A DNA stretch of 64,000 nucleotides from an uncultured Chlamydiae bacterium (GCA_963754655.1 CAVWGN010000001.1:1952001-2016000), one strand, 5' to 3'. Shown: positions 10,063-20,629, numbered from the stretch's first letter. Made by a program: numbers and translations. The notes: generated from the letters alone by a model not told the origin.

Positions 10063-10228
10063 GTGAAAAAGTGCCTCTAGTTAAGGCTAGAGGAGAATAG
10101 GGAAACGGGTGTGAATCCCGTACGGTAGCGCCGCTGTAACGAGTGACGAAAGCCTTTAAAACCACTGTGAAAACACGGGAAGGTAGGCGAATAGGATGAT
10201 CTCGGAGTCAGAAGACCTGCTTTTTCAC
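10063..10228 (+). ncRNA. Cobalamin (B12) riboswitch
   Basis: AATAGGGAA..GGGTGTGAATCCC..GCCGCTGTAA..CCACTG..GGGAAGG..AGTCAGAAGACCTGC; closing stem GTGAAAAAG/CTTTTTCAC. Confidence 0.92.
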
Positions 10229-10322
10229 TCTCATCAAGTCCTCAAATATGTATTTGAGGCTACTCTCTCGCCAAAGAGAGGATGGGGACAAAGAATGCTG
10301 CCTTCAGTTTTACTGATTTGCC

Positions 10323-10371
10323 GCCTTCCATGTCCTTAAATTAGGGACTGGAAAGGCATTCTGTTTTTTTT
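10323..10371 (+). terminator. Putative intrinsic terminator of riboswitch expression platform
   Basis: GCCTTCCA-TGTCC..GGGAC-TGGAAAGGC stem followed by T8, just upstream of nrdB. Confidence 0.6.
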
Positions 10372-10398
10372 CACTCCCTATGATATGAAACCACGTCC

Positions 10399-11550
10399 AT
10401 GGCAGACGTTTGCTGGAGTATCATCATGGAAGTCTTAGATCAGTTCACTGAAAAAGAAGAAGATCGCTATGTCTTTTATTCCTTTCTAAACCGCACCTTT
10501 CGCCTTAATAAAGAAAAAGCTCGCGCTCGCCTTGCTGGTAAAAAAGTGATTAATGGGACGCGTAGCGCAGAACTTAATGTTTTACCTCTCAAATATCACG
10601 AAGCTTATCGTATTTATAAACAAATGAAAGCCAATCATTGGGAACCTGATGTCATTGACATGACGAAGGATTGTGCTCTATGGAATTCCAATAAGCTTAA
10701 TAGTCGAGAACGTTGGATTATTGAAATGGGAGTAGGATATTTTTCTGCTGCCGAAGGAATAGTGGGCGATAGTGTATTGCATGTAATTGAAGACAATCTT
10801 AGCGCAGCCGAACTTAAACACGCCTCTCTTCGCCAAATTGCTGAAGAATCTATTCACATGGATTCGCTGCTTCACATTATTAGCAGTCTAAATATTGATA
10901 TCGATGAAGTAACAGCAAAATTCCAAGATATCCCCTCAATTCAAAAGAAAAATGCTTTTATAACACGTCAGATGCCTGAATTGAAGATGGGTATAGATCT
11001 TACTTTGACTGAAAATAAGCAAAAGTTTGCTAAAGCAATCTTTGGAATTACACAGGTAATGGAGGGCACACAATTTTATGCGCTTTTTGCAATGATTCTT
11101 TCTTTGCATCGTCAAAACAAGATGACGGGCATAGGCCAGATGTTTCAATACACCCTACGTGATGAATCAAATCATATTGCACTTGGTCGTTACATTCTTG
11201 AAAAATTGATCGAAGAAAATCCTGATATTTGGACAAACGATTTCCGTGATGAACTCATTGAGTTTATGCGTGAAGGTGTCGAATTAGAAAAAGAATTTGT
11301 TTTAGATTGTCTTCCTGAAAACATTGTTGGCATGACACAAAACGATTTTCTTGATTTTGTAGACTATAATGCGGATAGAAGATTAGAAAGCCTTGGGTTG
11401 CCTCGCCTCTCTAGTATTAAAAATACTCCTTTTCTTTGGCTTGATGAGGTGATCTTTCTTAAGAAAGAGAAAAACTTCTTTGAAACTCGAGTTACCGAAT
11501 ATCAAACGAGCGGTAGCATCAAAAACACAAACGAAGAAGATCTCATATAA
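10399..11550 (+). CDS. nrdB: Ribonucleotide reductase small subunit, class Ic-like (R2c; radical Tyr replaced by Leu)
   Basis: HWEP, FSAAEGIVG, EESIHMDSL, MEGTQFY, RDESNH, KNFFETRVTEY; exact start uncertain. Confidence 0.92.
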   Translation: MADVCWSIIMEVLDQFTEKEEDRYVFYSFLNRTFRLNKEKARARLAGKKVINGTRSAELNVLPLKYHEAYRIYKQMKANHWEPDVIDMTKDCALWNSNKLNSRERWIIEMGVGYFSAAEGIVGDSVLHVIEDNLSAAELKHASLRQIAEESIHMDSLLHIISSLNIDIDEVTAKFQDIPSIQKKNAFITRQMPELKMGIDLTLTENKQKFAKAIFGITQVMEGTQFYALFAMILSLHRQNKMTGIGQMFQYTLRDESNHIALGRYILEKLIEENPDIWTNDFRDELIEFMREGVELEKEFVLDCLPENIVGMTQNDFLDFVDYNADRRLESLGLPRLSSIKNTPFLWLDEVIFLKKEKNFFETRVTEYQTSGSIKNTNEEDLI

Positions 11551-11567
11551 TCCAAGGAATCACAATC

Positions 11568-14387
11568 ATGACAACAAATGTTTTAGAATTAGAAAAAACA
11601 CTAGACTTCAAAACTCCAAGTAAATTTCCGAGTATTATTCGACGAGATTTACCACATACCAAGTCTATTAAGCCGCGACTCGTAACCTGGAATGGCAGCA
11701 AAATTGAAAAGGCAGTAAACGCCGCTTGCATAGAATTGGGACATAAGCTTGTAGGAAGGCAAATTCAGATAGAAATTGAAGCTCGAATGGAAAAGGAACG
11801 ATCACGTTTCATTCATATTGAACAATTACAAGATATGGTTGAAAATCTTCTCATTGAGTTCAATTATGGACGTGTCGCATTAGCATATGGAAAATATCGA
11901 GCACGCCGAGCGGCATTTCGTGAAGCTGAAGCCAGATTGATTCCTAGCGAATCACCAGAACTGATTTCAACTGAATTTGCTACTGATCTCAAACTAAGAG
12001 TTTCTTTTGCACGGATTGGATTAAATCTTATTCTTTCAGATAAAGAATTCATAGCACGTTTGATGCGTAGTGTATCGGCATCTCTAACTTCTCAAGAACA
12101 ACGAGAAACAATCATTCTTAATGCAAGAAATCTTCTTGATTTGGATGTCGATAGCCGTTTTTTTGGAGGACGGATTTTACTCTCCTATATCTATGAAGAA
12201 ACGTTGCCTTGGAAAATTGCTGATGGAATAGATCAATTAAAGTCTGCTCATAGAAAAGCTTTCCTTGCATATATTCCAATAGGAATTAAATTAGGACGTC
12301 TTGACCCACGTCTTGCTGAATTTAACATTGAAGAGCTTGCTGACGCTCTAGATCCTTATGCTGATCTTCAATTTGATTTTATTGGTATTCAAAACCTTTA
12401 TGATCGCTACCTGATCCATATTAAAGATAACGATTGGCCAGACGGAAAGCGTAGGATTGAATCTCCACAGATCTTCTGGATGCGTGTTGCTATGGGATTA
12501 GCTTTATTGGAGCCTGAACGAGAGAATCGAGCTAAAGAATTTTTTCATATATATCAAAATAAATTGGCTTGCTCATCAACACCGACACTTTTCAATTCAG
12601 GAACACGACGTCCTCAACTCTCAAGTTGTTATTTGCTTTATTGTGGTGATTCGATCGAAGATATTTCTGAAACATGGACACGGTTTTCTTTATTATCAAA
12701 ATGGGCTGGTGGATTAGGTTGCTCTTGGACAGCTGTACGTGGATGTGGGGCTCATATTCAAGGAACAAATGGAGATTCATCGGGTGTTATTCCTTTCCTT
12801 AAGGTTTCAAACGATATTTGTGTAGCAGTAAATCAAGGTGGAAAGCGTCCTGGAGCACTCTGTAGCTATCTCGAACTTTGGCATTCTGATATGGAGGACT
12901 TTCTTGACCTACGGAAAGAAACAGGTGATGACCGTCGACGCACGCATAACATGAATACTGCTTTATGGATACCGGATTTATTCATGAAACGTCTTCAAGA
13001 TATTTCAGAAGGACGTTTACAAAAAGACGCTACATGGACATTATTTCGTACGAACGAAACTCCTGATCTTACAGAAATTTATGGAAGCCAGTTTGAAGAA
13101 CGTTATTCTCATTATGAAAAGCTTGCAGAAGAAGGTAAAATATACGGGAATAAAATTCGAATATTAGCCCTTTGGAAAAAAATGATAGGTGCTATTTTTG
13201 AAACTGGACATCCTTGGATGACTTTTAAAGATCCTTCTAATATTAGATCTCCACAAGACCATGCAGGAGTGATTCATAGTTCAAATTTATGCACTGAGAT
13301 TACTCTCAACACTAGTAAAGAAGAAATTGCTGTTTGTAATCTTGCTTCCATCAATATTCTCAGTCATTTGCACGAAGATGGATCCGTTGATCATGAAAAA
13401 TTGAAGTCGACAATTAAAGTCGTGATGAGAATGTTAGATAATGTCATCGATATCAATTATTACCCCTCTGAAGCAGCACATGTCTCTAATATGAGACATC
13501 GCCCTGTCGGCCTTGGAATGATGGGAATGCAGGATGCTCTTTACATTCGTCGTACTCCATTTGATTCGATAGCAGCTGTTGATTTCAATGATGAGATTAT
13601 GGAGGCCATTGCATTCTACGCATACTCAGCTTCATCAGATCTGGCTACTGAACGAGGTCTATATTCTTCATTTAAAGGATCAAAATGGGATCGTGGGCTA
13701 CTTCCTCTAGACACGCTAAAATTATTGGAAAAAGAACGCGGAATTTCTGTTAAGGTTGACCGAAAGAGTCGTTTAGACTGGAATAGCTTAAGACAGAAAA
13801 TTCATGATCAAGGGATGCGCAATTCAAATTGCCTAGCAATTGCTCCGACGGCAACTATTTCAAATATCATGGGGTGTACACCTTGCATCGAACCTACTTA
13901 CAAGCACATTCATACTAAATCGAATCTATCAGGCGAATTCGTTCGCACAAATAATTATTTGGTAAAAGAATTGATGGATAGGAATCTTTGGGATGAAGAA
14001 ATGCTTTCGGATCTTAAATATTTTGATGGTTCTATTCAATCTATTGAACGCGTTCCAAATGAAGTGAAGGAACTTTATAAAACAGCTTTTGAAATCGAAC
14101 CAACATGGTTAATACAATGTGCGGCAGTTAGACAAAAATGGTTAGATCAATCTCAATCTGTTAATCTTTTTCTCGCAGAAAATGATGCACGCAAAGCTTC
14201 ATTTATGTATCGAGAAGCTTGGGAAAGTGGACTAAAAACAACGTACTATCTACGTACAATCAATAAATCATCTATGGATTCTGGTAATCGTGATCGAAAG
14301 AAATATGAGTCAGAACTAACAGCTGTCCTATCTGCTTGTTCTATTGAAGCTATGCGTAATGGAACTATTTGTGAATCATGCCAATAA
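11568..14387 (+). CDS. nrdA: Class I ribonucleotide reductase large subunit with N-terminal ATP-cone-like region
   Basis: STPTLFNSG, LSSCYL, NQGGKRPGA, SNLCTEI, APTATIS, TTYYLR, C-terminal CESCQ. Confidence 0.95.
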   Translation: MTTNVLELEKTLDFKTPSKFPSIIRRDLPHTKSIKPRLVTWNGSKIEKAVNAACIELGHKLVGRQIQIEIEARMEKERSRFIHIEQLQDMVENLLIEFNYGRVALAYGKYRARRAAFREAEARLIPSESPELISTEFATDLKLRVSFARIGLNLILSDKEFIARLMRSVSASLTSQEQRETIILNARNLLDLDVDSRFFGGRILLSYIYEETLPWKIADGIDQLKSAHRKAFLAYIPIGIKLGRLDPRLAEFNIEELADALDPYADLQFDFIGIQNLYDRYLIHIKDNDWPDGKRRIESPQIFWMRVAMGLALLEPERENRAKEFFHIYQNKLACSSTPTLFNSGTRRPQLSSCYLLYCGDSIEDISETWTRFSLLSKWAGGLGCSWTAVRGCGAHIQGTNGDSSGVIPFLKVSNDICVAVNQGGKRPGALCSYLELWHSDMEDFLDLRKETGDDRRRTHNMNTALWIPDLFMKRLQDISEGRLQKDATWTLFRTNETPDLTEIYGSQFEERYSHYEKLAEEGKIYGNKIRILALWKKMIGAIFETGHPWMTFKDPSNIRSPQDHAGVIHSSNLCTEITLNTSKEEIAVCNLASINILSHLHEDGSVDHEKLKSTIKVVMRMLDNVIDINYYPSEAAHVSNMRHRPVGLGMMGMQDALYIRRTPFDSIAAVDFNDEIMEAIAFYAYSASSDLATERGLYSSFKGSKWDRGLLPLDTLKLLEKERGISVKVDRKSRLDWNSLRQKIHDQGMRNSNCLAIAPTATISNIMGCTPCIEPTYKHIHTKSNLSGEFVRTNNYLVKELMDRNLWDEEMLSDLKYFDGSIQSIERVPNEVKELYKTAFEIEPTWLIQCAAVRQKWLDQSQSVNLFLAENDARKASFMYREAWESGLKTTYYLRTINKSSMDSGNRDRKKYESELTAVLSACSIEAMRNGTICESCQ

Positions 14388-14593
14388 AAGGGGAAAAATG
14401 GGAGTTAAATCAGATAATCAGGCGAACAGAATCTAGTGCGTAAAATTTGCCTAAAAACAAAATATTACCCTTCTTCATCGTATGTAAAAAGTACCTCTTT
14501 TCTCCTGGATATGCTACAATTAATCCGTTATTAAGTGCGTAAAGCACCTTATAAATAAAAAACTTAAATTCAATTTTAAAAGGTGGAGATTAA

Positions 14594-15496
14594 ATGAGTT
14601 TAATCACATATAACATTGGGAATGCTTATCGTTATTTATCAGAAGCTTTTCAACAACAAAATCATGATGAAATAAATCAAGATGAATCAACATGGCCTTC
14701 CTATCAGACTATAGCCGTTTCCTTTTTTGTGGCTACAGTAGGTGCTTGTGCTATAAGAAAATTTATTAATACTGTATTTCAGCCAGTTAAAGATACTCCT
14801 GAATTATTTTGGAAAGAATTAGAAAGTAATCAAAGACCCCCTCTACCTTCAGGGCCAGTTGTTGTTATGGGTAAGGTAATTGCTGAAAATTTACCTTCAT
14901 TACAAAAACAAATGTTTTCCTCATGTAATGGAGTATCACAAATGTTTGTTGAATATATACAAAAAAAAGGCTTAAAACCTAAAAATGTGATAGATCTAGG
15001 TTGTGGTATAGGTGCTAATTCATATCCTTTATTGAAATATGGTGTGAATGTTGTTGCAATAGATAGTATGGAATGTTTGCTAGAAGCATATAGATCACGT
15101 ATTAATAGCAAAGAAAAGCAATTTGCTTTATTGCAATGTGCTGATCTCACTACGTTGGAAAAATATGGTACAGAAGCCAATATAGCAGATATTGCTCTTG
15201 CTATTGATGTCTTGCCATATCTTCCGATTTCTTGCTGGAAAAGTACTATGGAAAAGATCGTAGTGTCTTTAAAACCTGGAGGTTATTTTTTTGGCACTGT
15301 GTTTGTCAAAAAAGCCTGGTTGAATCATCCAGTTGTGGCTTTTCATGAAAAATTTGGAGCACAGTATTATCAAATTCGTGATTTGGCTGCACGGTTAATT
15401 CACCATTCTGGTCTCGAGATGGTAGAATGTCGTCTCAGAGAAAATGGTTCTGGTTGTTATGAATTTGTTGCACGTAAACCTAGCCACAGGGCATAG
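14594..15496 (+). CDS. Class I SAM-dependent methyltransferase with N-terminal hydrophobic extension
   Basis: VIDLGCGIG motif I, VVAID, LKPGG. Confidence 0.85.
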   Translation: MSLITYNIGNAYRYLSEAFQQQNHDEINQDESTWPSYQTIAVSFFVATVGACAIRKFINTVFQPVKDTPELFWKELESNQRPPLPSGPVVVMGKVIAENLPSLQKQMFSSCNGVSQMFVEYIQKKGLKPKNVIDLGCGIGANSYPLLKYGVNVVAIDSMECLLEAYRSRINSKEKQFALLQCADLTTLEKYGTEANIADIALAIDVLPYLPISCWKSTMEKIVVSLKPGGYFFGTVFVKKAWLNHPVVAFHEKFGAQYYQIRDLAARLIHHSGLEMVECRLRENGSGCYEFVARKPSHRA

Positions 15497-15668
15497 GACA
15501 TTAAATCTGAGGTTTTTTCCTTCTTTCATTGTATCCTGCATGAATAAATCTAGAAAGATACTTAGAGATACAACAGATTTCAAATATTTTTTAATGTCCT
15601 GTGCCTGATAACTCGTCTCCTAAAAGCCTTACCTGCAAGACATACAATGAAACTCTAGGAAAATTGTA

Positions 15669-16166
15669 ATGTTGTCTGAATATCGGTTCATTTTTAAACC
15701 CATGGAAGCAAAAGATCGGCTTCTTATTCATGAATGGCTTGTACAACCCCATATTGCTGAGTGGATTCACGGAGCCGGACTTCAAAATACACTGAACGGT
15801 CTAGAAAAATTTTTCCAAGGAAAGTCTGACACTACTTACTGGATTGGTTATCATGAAGACATTCCTTTTGCATTTTTGATTACCTCTCCTGAAGGAAATG
15901 ATGCGACCACTTTGGACTTGTTCATTTGTGACCTGAATTATTTGGGGAAAGGAATTGCTGTGCCCATGATTCAGGAGTTTTTAATTAGCCAGTTTCCAAT
16001 TGTGAAAAGGGTTTTGATAGACCCTGAAGTCACTAATAAACGAGCCATCCATGTGTACCAAAAAGTGGGTTTTAAGATCATTGGAGAGTTTATTGCAAGC
16101 TGGCATCCTGTGCCTCATTATCAAATGGAGCTACATATGAAAGATCTTTTAGAGGCAAAGAAATGA
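15669..16166 (+). CDS. GNAT family acetyltransferase (AAC(6')-like fold)
   Basis: WLVQPHIAEW, YLGKGIA, IDPEVTNKRAIHVYQKVGF. Confidence 0.85.
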   Translation: MLSEYRFIFKPMEAKDRLLIHEWLVQPHIAEWIHGAGLQNTLNGLEKFFQGKSDTTYWIGYHEDIPFAFLITSPEGNDATTLDLFICDLNYLGKGIAVPMIQEFLISQFPIVKRVLIDPEVTNKRAIHVYQKVGFKIIGEFIASWHPVPHYQMELHMKDLLEAKK

Positions 16167-16377
16167 ATGAAGCTTCCTGTTATTTAGAGCAACACGATAC
16201 TATTTCTAAAAAAATGGAGAAGAAAATGCGCAAAGATTCAATGACAAAGCCTGAAATTAAGGAGCTTGAAGGGCTCCAAATTGAAATAACCCAGGCCAGC
16301 GGCCTGGGAAAAACACCCCATATCGCAGTCTGAAAGACTACAAGAGAAATTATGGTTCACTCACTTGCAAGTGGGGT

Positions 16378-16748
16378 ATGATTAAATTTGGGAGTTTATA
16401 TTTTTTAAAAGATCAGGCATTAAAGGCTTATCAAAGTTATGAAAAAAGAGTGAAAGCAGGAGGATATTATGAAAAAGAAAGACTAAGTCTACCTACGAAG
16501 AATTTATTGAAGATGATGAGCAACAGGCTTTACTTGATAAAGAATACAAAGAACTACTCTTATCTGAATTACTTATGGCGGCAATGAAGCATGATCATAT
16601 TTCAGTAAGAAAATTAGCCTCAGCAGGTGTATCTTCAACAATTATTCAAGGCCTAAAGTCTGGATCAAAAACAAACATAACGATTGATACGTTATCGAAG
16701 ATTTTAGATGCTGTGGGTTATCAAATCCATCTTTGCTCCAAAAAATAG
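16378..16748 (+). pseudogene. Degraded type II toxin-antitoxin pair (toxin C-terminal remnant + frameshifted XRE-HTH antitoxin)
   Basis: ALKAYQSYEKRVKAGGYYE overlapping ATG ~16469; after a frameshift KSTYEEFIED..LLLSELLMAAMKHDHISVRKLA..IIQGLKSGSKTNITIDTLSKILDAVGY. Confidence 0.55.
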
Positions 16749-17130
16749 CCCTGAAAAGAAACTGGAATTAGCGTAAATATAGAAATTAATTCACTGCGTC
16801 TCCAAACAAAAGGCGAAGTAGCCGACTTGTGAGACTCCAAGAGAATTGTACAATTTTTGAGCAGGAAAGTTTTGCTCCCCAGTAAAAATAATCATCTTGC
16901 GAATTTTGTGAAGTTCCTTAGCATCTAGTAAGAGTTATTGCATAACAGATCTAGAATATCCTCTTTGTCTAAAGCTAGACACAGTCTAAACACCACCAAC
17001 CTTTCCTAAGTCCAATGCCTTGGCGTTTAAATCAGCGATAGACACAAGAGCATTGTTAAGAAATAGACCCCCAATCATTTTTCTTTTCATTTTTTCAAGA
17101 AACTGATCTAAGAGCTGTTTATCAGTCATA

Positions 17131-17649
17131 CTATTGTCGGATAAATGTCCAATTCAAGGGATCGCCATCTTTGTAAGGCATATATCCGTGAAAAACATGC
17201 GGATTGCCATCAAACACCAGCGGCAAAAAATAACGGTCGCCTTTCCACATAGGCAACTCCTCCATTATTTCCAAAGGCACCCATTCCAGCAATCCTTCAT
17301 CGTTTTGCTTATAAGGGATACCCGCAAAGCTTTCAATGAGAAAGATAAAGCCAAGCCAATCTTCACCAGCGGGACCAAAACCTGTCCAATTAATCGTACC
17401 GCGCAATTTCATGAGAGTACATTCGATACCCGCTTCTTCTCTTATCTCGCGCTGCATACATGTCACCACATCTTCGTTGGATTCCATTTTGCCACCAAGA
17501 CCATTGTACTTACCATGATGATGATCGCCTTTGCGAGCATTGCGGTGCACGAGCAAAACACGTTTATGATCCGGTGACAAGACATATCCAAGCGTTCCCA
17601 AAATAGGCTTATAAGGCATAATAACTCTTTCTGTTAGATTTAAGTGCAA
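17131..17649 (-). CDS. NUDIX hydrolase (8-oxo-dGTP diphosphatase-like)
   Basis: GGKMESNEDVVTCMQREIREEAGI Nudix box. Confidence 0.9.
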   Translation of the reverse strand: MHLNLTERVIMPYKPILGTLGYVLSPDHKRVLLVHRNARKGDHHHGKYNGLGGKMESNEDVVTCMQREIREEAGIECTLMKLRGTINWTGFGPAGEDWLGFIFLIESFAGIPYKQNDEGLLEWVPLEIMEELPMWKGDRYFLPLVFDGNPHVFHGYMPYKDGDPLNWTFIRQ

Positions 17650-17944
17650 TAGCTTATGTTAAGCCAAAGAAACTCACAATCTTTTTGTAAGTTAGTTTTT
17701 ATCTGTCATTTTTACCAGGCTCAATTTCTAATCCCTGTGAAAGAAGTTCAGAACGATAAGGCTGACCATCCTATGCTAGCATTGCCATTTTTTCATGTAT
17801 TTTGAAAAAAAGAAGAAATTTTGAAGAAAAAGGAGTTTTATTGACGATTGTTGCAGTTTATTGCTGTCTAATGCGTAAAAACTGCGTAGTTGACTTTGAT
17901 TAGGCTTGTGAGAAATATTTTAATTTCTCGCTTAGAATGAAATA

Positions 17945-18026
17945 TGGGGGCGGTTGGACTCGAACCAACGGAGACCGAAGTCGAGGGATTTACAGTCCCT
18001 TGCAATTGCCACTATGCGACACCCCC
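17945..18026 (-). tRNA. tRNA-Tyr(GTA)
   Basis: Cloverleaf GGGGGTGTCGCATAGTGGC..CTGTAAA..long variable arm..GGTTCGAGTCC. Confidence 0.95.
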
Positions 18027-18031
18027 TAGGA

Positions 18032-18104
<73 letters not shown>

Positions 18105-18202
18105 GAAAGAAAGAGTTTTATAACAAAATCATTCTTTCCATACAACAATTTTATTCTATCAAGCAATAATTCCTTCTTAACCTTCTGTGAAACCTCACTT
18201 TT

Positions 18203-18538
18203 CTATTGATTAGGCGTGTCCTTTGACTCATCTTGAGCTAAATAGTCAGAGGGATTTGGCGGAACGGGTGGCTTATCTTCATGTGAATGCAGCGCTTGTC
18301 CAAACGAACGCTCCATTAAAGTCGTATAATCAACTGCAGCCTTCACCTGCCCTGGCTGTGAAGTCTCTTGCGGCTGAGGTTTATTGCTCCCTCCACCACT
18401 TAAAACTTTAGCCGTAAACTTGCGGCCCCCCAAAGAGCTTTTTTTTTGTTGCTGCTGTTCATTTTTCAAACAGCAATTTTTATATTTTTTCCCAGATCCA
18501 CAAGGACATGGATCATTTCTTCCTACCTTCTCTAGCAT
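18203..18538 (-). CDS. SEC-C motif protein
   Basis: [18 protein letters not shown] at N-terminus. Confidence 0.9.
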   Translation of the reverse strand: MLEKVGRNDPCPCGSGKKYKNCCLKNEQQQQKKSSLGGRKFTAKVLSGGGSNKPQPQETSQPGQVKAAVDYTTLMERSFGQALHSHEDKPPVPPNPSDYLAQDESKDTPNQ

Positions 18539-18773
18539 AAGACCTCTATTTTATTTCTTTTATTTTTGCTGAGGAAATCAGCTTGACACCGCTTGGCTCG
18601 TCCTGTAAAATATCTTCTTTTCAACTTATATAAGTATAGCATTTCCAGCGCTTTCTACCAAAAATTATCTAGTATAAGTGAACTTTCATCAACTTGTTTC
18701 TTTATGTTTTTTTTCTAAATAGATTAATTATAAATGACCCTTATTTTTTAAAACAATTATAAAACATTATTTT

Positions 18774-19514
18774 ATGACCTTTCCTATTGCACGCCCCCCT
18801 TGGACCGCTCTCGGCAAACGTTTAGAAAGCACTCTTCGCAAGGCTTTATTTGACTTTGAAATGCTCAAAGATGTGTCAAAATTGGCAGTTGCTCTCAGTG
18901 GCGGTAAAGACAGCTTGACTCTTTTATTTCTATTGAAGGCCATTGCGGGACGCGGCTTTCCCAATTTCGATCTTTATGCCATTTATGTTTCAGGAGAATT
19001 CTCTTGCGGAGCTGGAGTTGATGAGGATTACTTGCGAGGCATTTGTGAAGAATTAGGAGTCCATTTTCTCACTCGCTCCTCTTCTCAGAAAAGAGAAACC
19101 TTGGAATGCTATAGTTGCTCGCGTGAGAGAAGGCGTTTACTTTTTGAAGCTGCTAAAAGCGTTGGTACAACGACAATTGCTTTTGGACATCATCGCGACG
19201 ATCAAGCGCAAACTGTCTTGATGAACCTTCTACATAAAGCTGAATTTGCGGGCAATTTACCTAAAATTCATATGCAAGAATATGGTGTGACAATTATCCG
19301 TCCATTGATTTATATAGCAGAGCAAGATATTCGAACATTTGCCCAGCAACAAGGATTTGCCCGTGTTGTTTGCCGTTGCCCAGTCGGACAAAACTCTATG
19401 CGCAAGCAAACCGATCAACTTTTAAGCGAAATTGAAACAATTTTTCCAAATGCGCGTGAAAATATTGCCCAAGCTGGGCTAATATATGGATCTCAAAAAG
19501 CAGCGATCCCTTAA
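18774..19514 (+). CDS. ttcA: tRNA 2-thiocytidine biosynthesis TtcA-family PP-loop ATPase
   Basis: SGGKDS PP-loop, CYSCSRERR, GHHRDD, IIRPL, CRCP. Confidence 0.8.
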   Translation: MTFPIARPPWTALGKRLESTLRKALFDFEMLKDVSKLAVALSGGKDSLTLLFLLKAIAGRGFPNFDLYAIYVSGEFSCGAGVDEDYLRGICEELGVHFLTRSSSQKRETLECYSCSRERRRLLFEAAKSVGTTTIAFGHHRDDQAQTVLMNLLHKAEFAGNLPKIHMQEYGVTIIRPLIYIAEQDIRTFAQQQGFARVVCRCPVGQNSMRKQTDQLLSEIETIFPNARENIAQAGLIYGSQKAAIP

Positions 19515-19550
19515 CAACCCAAGCGTTGGATTCTTTCTCCATTTGCGTAA

Positions 19551-20447
19551 ATGGCGAAAAAACCAAAAATCAGGTTAAAAATGGAGCCATTTATGACTGA
19601 TTCTATCCCAAGTGAACATGAAAGCCGGGTCAACATCCAGGGAATTGAGATTGCCTTGGGATTTCCAGATGAATTTAAATTTGAATGGATTGGCCAGCGT
19701 GATGTATTGGAACAGTTATTGGCCGCATGGTTAGTCATTGATAAAAATGATATTCCCCTTAATCCACGTTTGATTGGCAAACCGGGTGTAGGAAAAACAA
19801 CCTTGGCTTATGCGGCTGCCAAAAAACTCAATAAACACGTGTATATTTTTCAGTGCACCATGGATACTCGCCCTGAAGATCTTTTAATTACTCCTGTCGT
19901 TGATAAAGGAGGTGGAATTCGCTATGTGGCTTCAGCCCTTGTCACCGCCATGATTCGCGGAGGTGTATGCATTTTAGATGAAGCCAATCGCATGAGCGAA
20001 AAATCATGGGCCTCCTTGGCGCCCCTACTAGACACAAGACGCTATATTGAATCCATTGTTGCAGGGCTTAAGGTCTCAGCTCATCCTGAATTTCGCATTT
20101 GCGTGACAATGAATGATGACGCCTCTACTTTTGAGATCCCAGAATACATTCACAGCCGCTTGCAGCCTCAAATTTATCTCGACTTTCCTGAGGCAGAAGA
20201 GGAGCGCCGCATCTTAAAAGAAAATCTTCCCTTTGTTGACGAGTATATTTTAGAGTATGTAGTTAACTTTTTACAACGCGCCCATGCGCAACACGAGAAT
20301 TACACTATTCGAGACGGCATCAATATTGCGCGCTATGCTGCCAAGCGCATTAAAAGCTTAAATAGTAGTAGAGGCAATTTTGAAAACTTACTTCGCGAGG
20401 CCATCCTCATGACTTTAGGTGATGAAGCTTTAGCTCATATTCTTTAA
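19551..20447 (+). CDS. MoxR-like AAA+ ATPase
   Basis: GKPGVGKT Walker A, ILDEANR Walker B, HPEFRICVTMN. Confidence 0.85.
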   Translation: MAKKPKIRLKMEPFMTDSIPSEHESRVNIQGIEIALGFPDEFKFEWIGQRDVLEQLLAAWLVIDKNDIPLNPRLIGKPGVGKTTLAYAAAKKLNKHVYIFQCTMDTRPEDLLITPVVDKGGGIRYVASALVTAMIRGGVCILDEANRMSEKSWASLAPLLDTRRYIESIVAGLKVSAHPEFRICVTMNDDASTFEIPEYIHSRLQPQIYLDFPEAEEERRILKENLPFVDEYILEYVVNFLQRAHAQHENYTIRDGINIARYAAKRIKSLNSSRGNFENLLREAILMTLGDEALAHIL

Positions 20448-20463
20448 AAAGTCTCTTTCATGC

Positions 20464-20629
20464 CTAGTACTCAACCACATTAGTTTTGTGTATTTAGATT
20501 GCTTGAAAGCTCCCGCGGTTGAATTGGCGTAAGTGGGTCCATATTGCTAATATTGACCCACTTACGCCAATTCAACCCCGGGGCTTTGAAGCAGTCTAAA
20601 TACACAAAACTAATGTGGTTGAGTACTAG
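20464..20629. mobile_element. Palindromic element 'C' (166 bp)
   Basis: CTAGTACTCAACCACATTAG...CTAATGTGGTTGAGTACTAG near-perfect hairpin; second full copy at 50138-50303. Confidence 0.92.
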
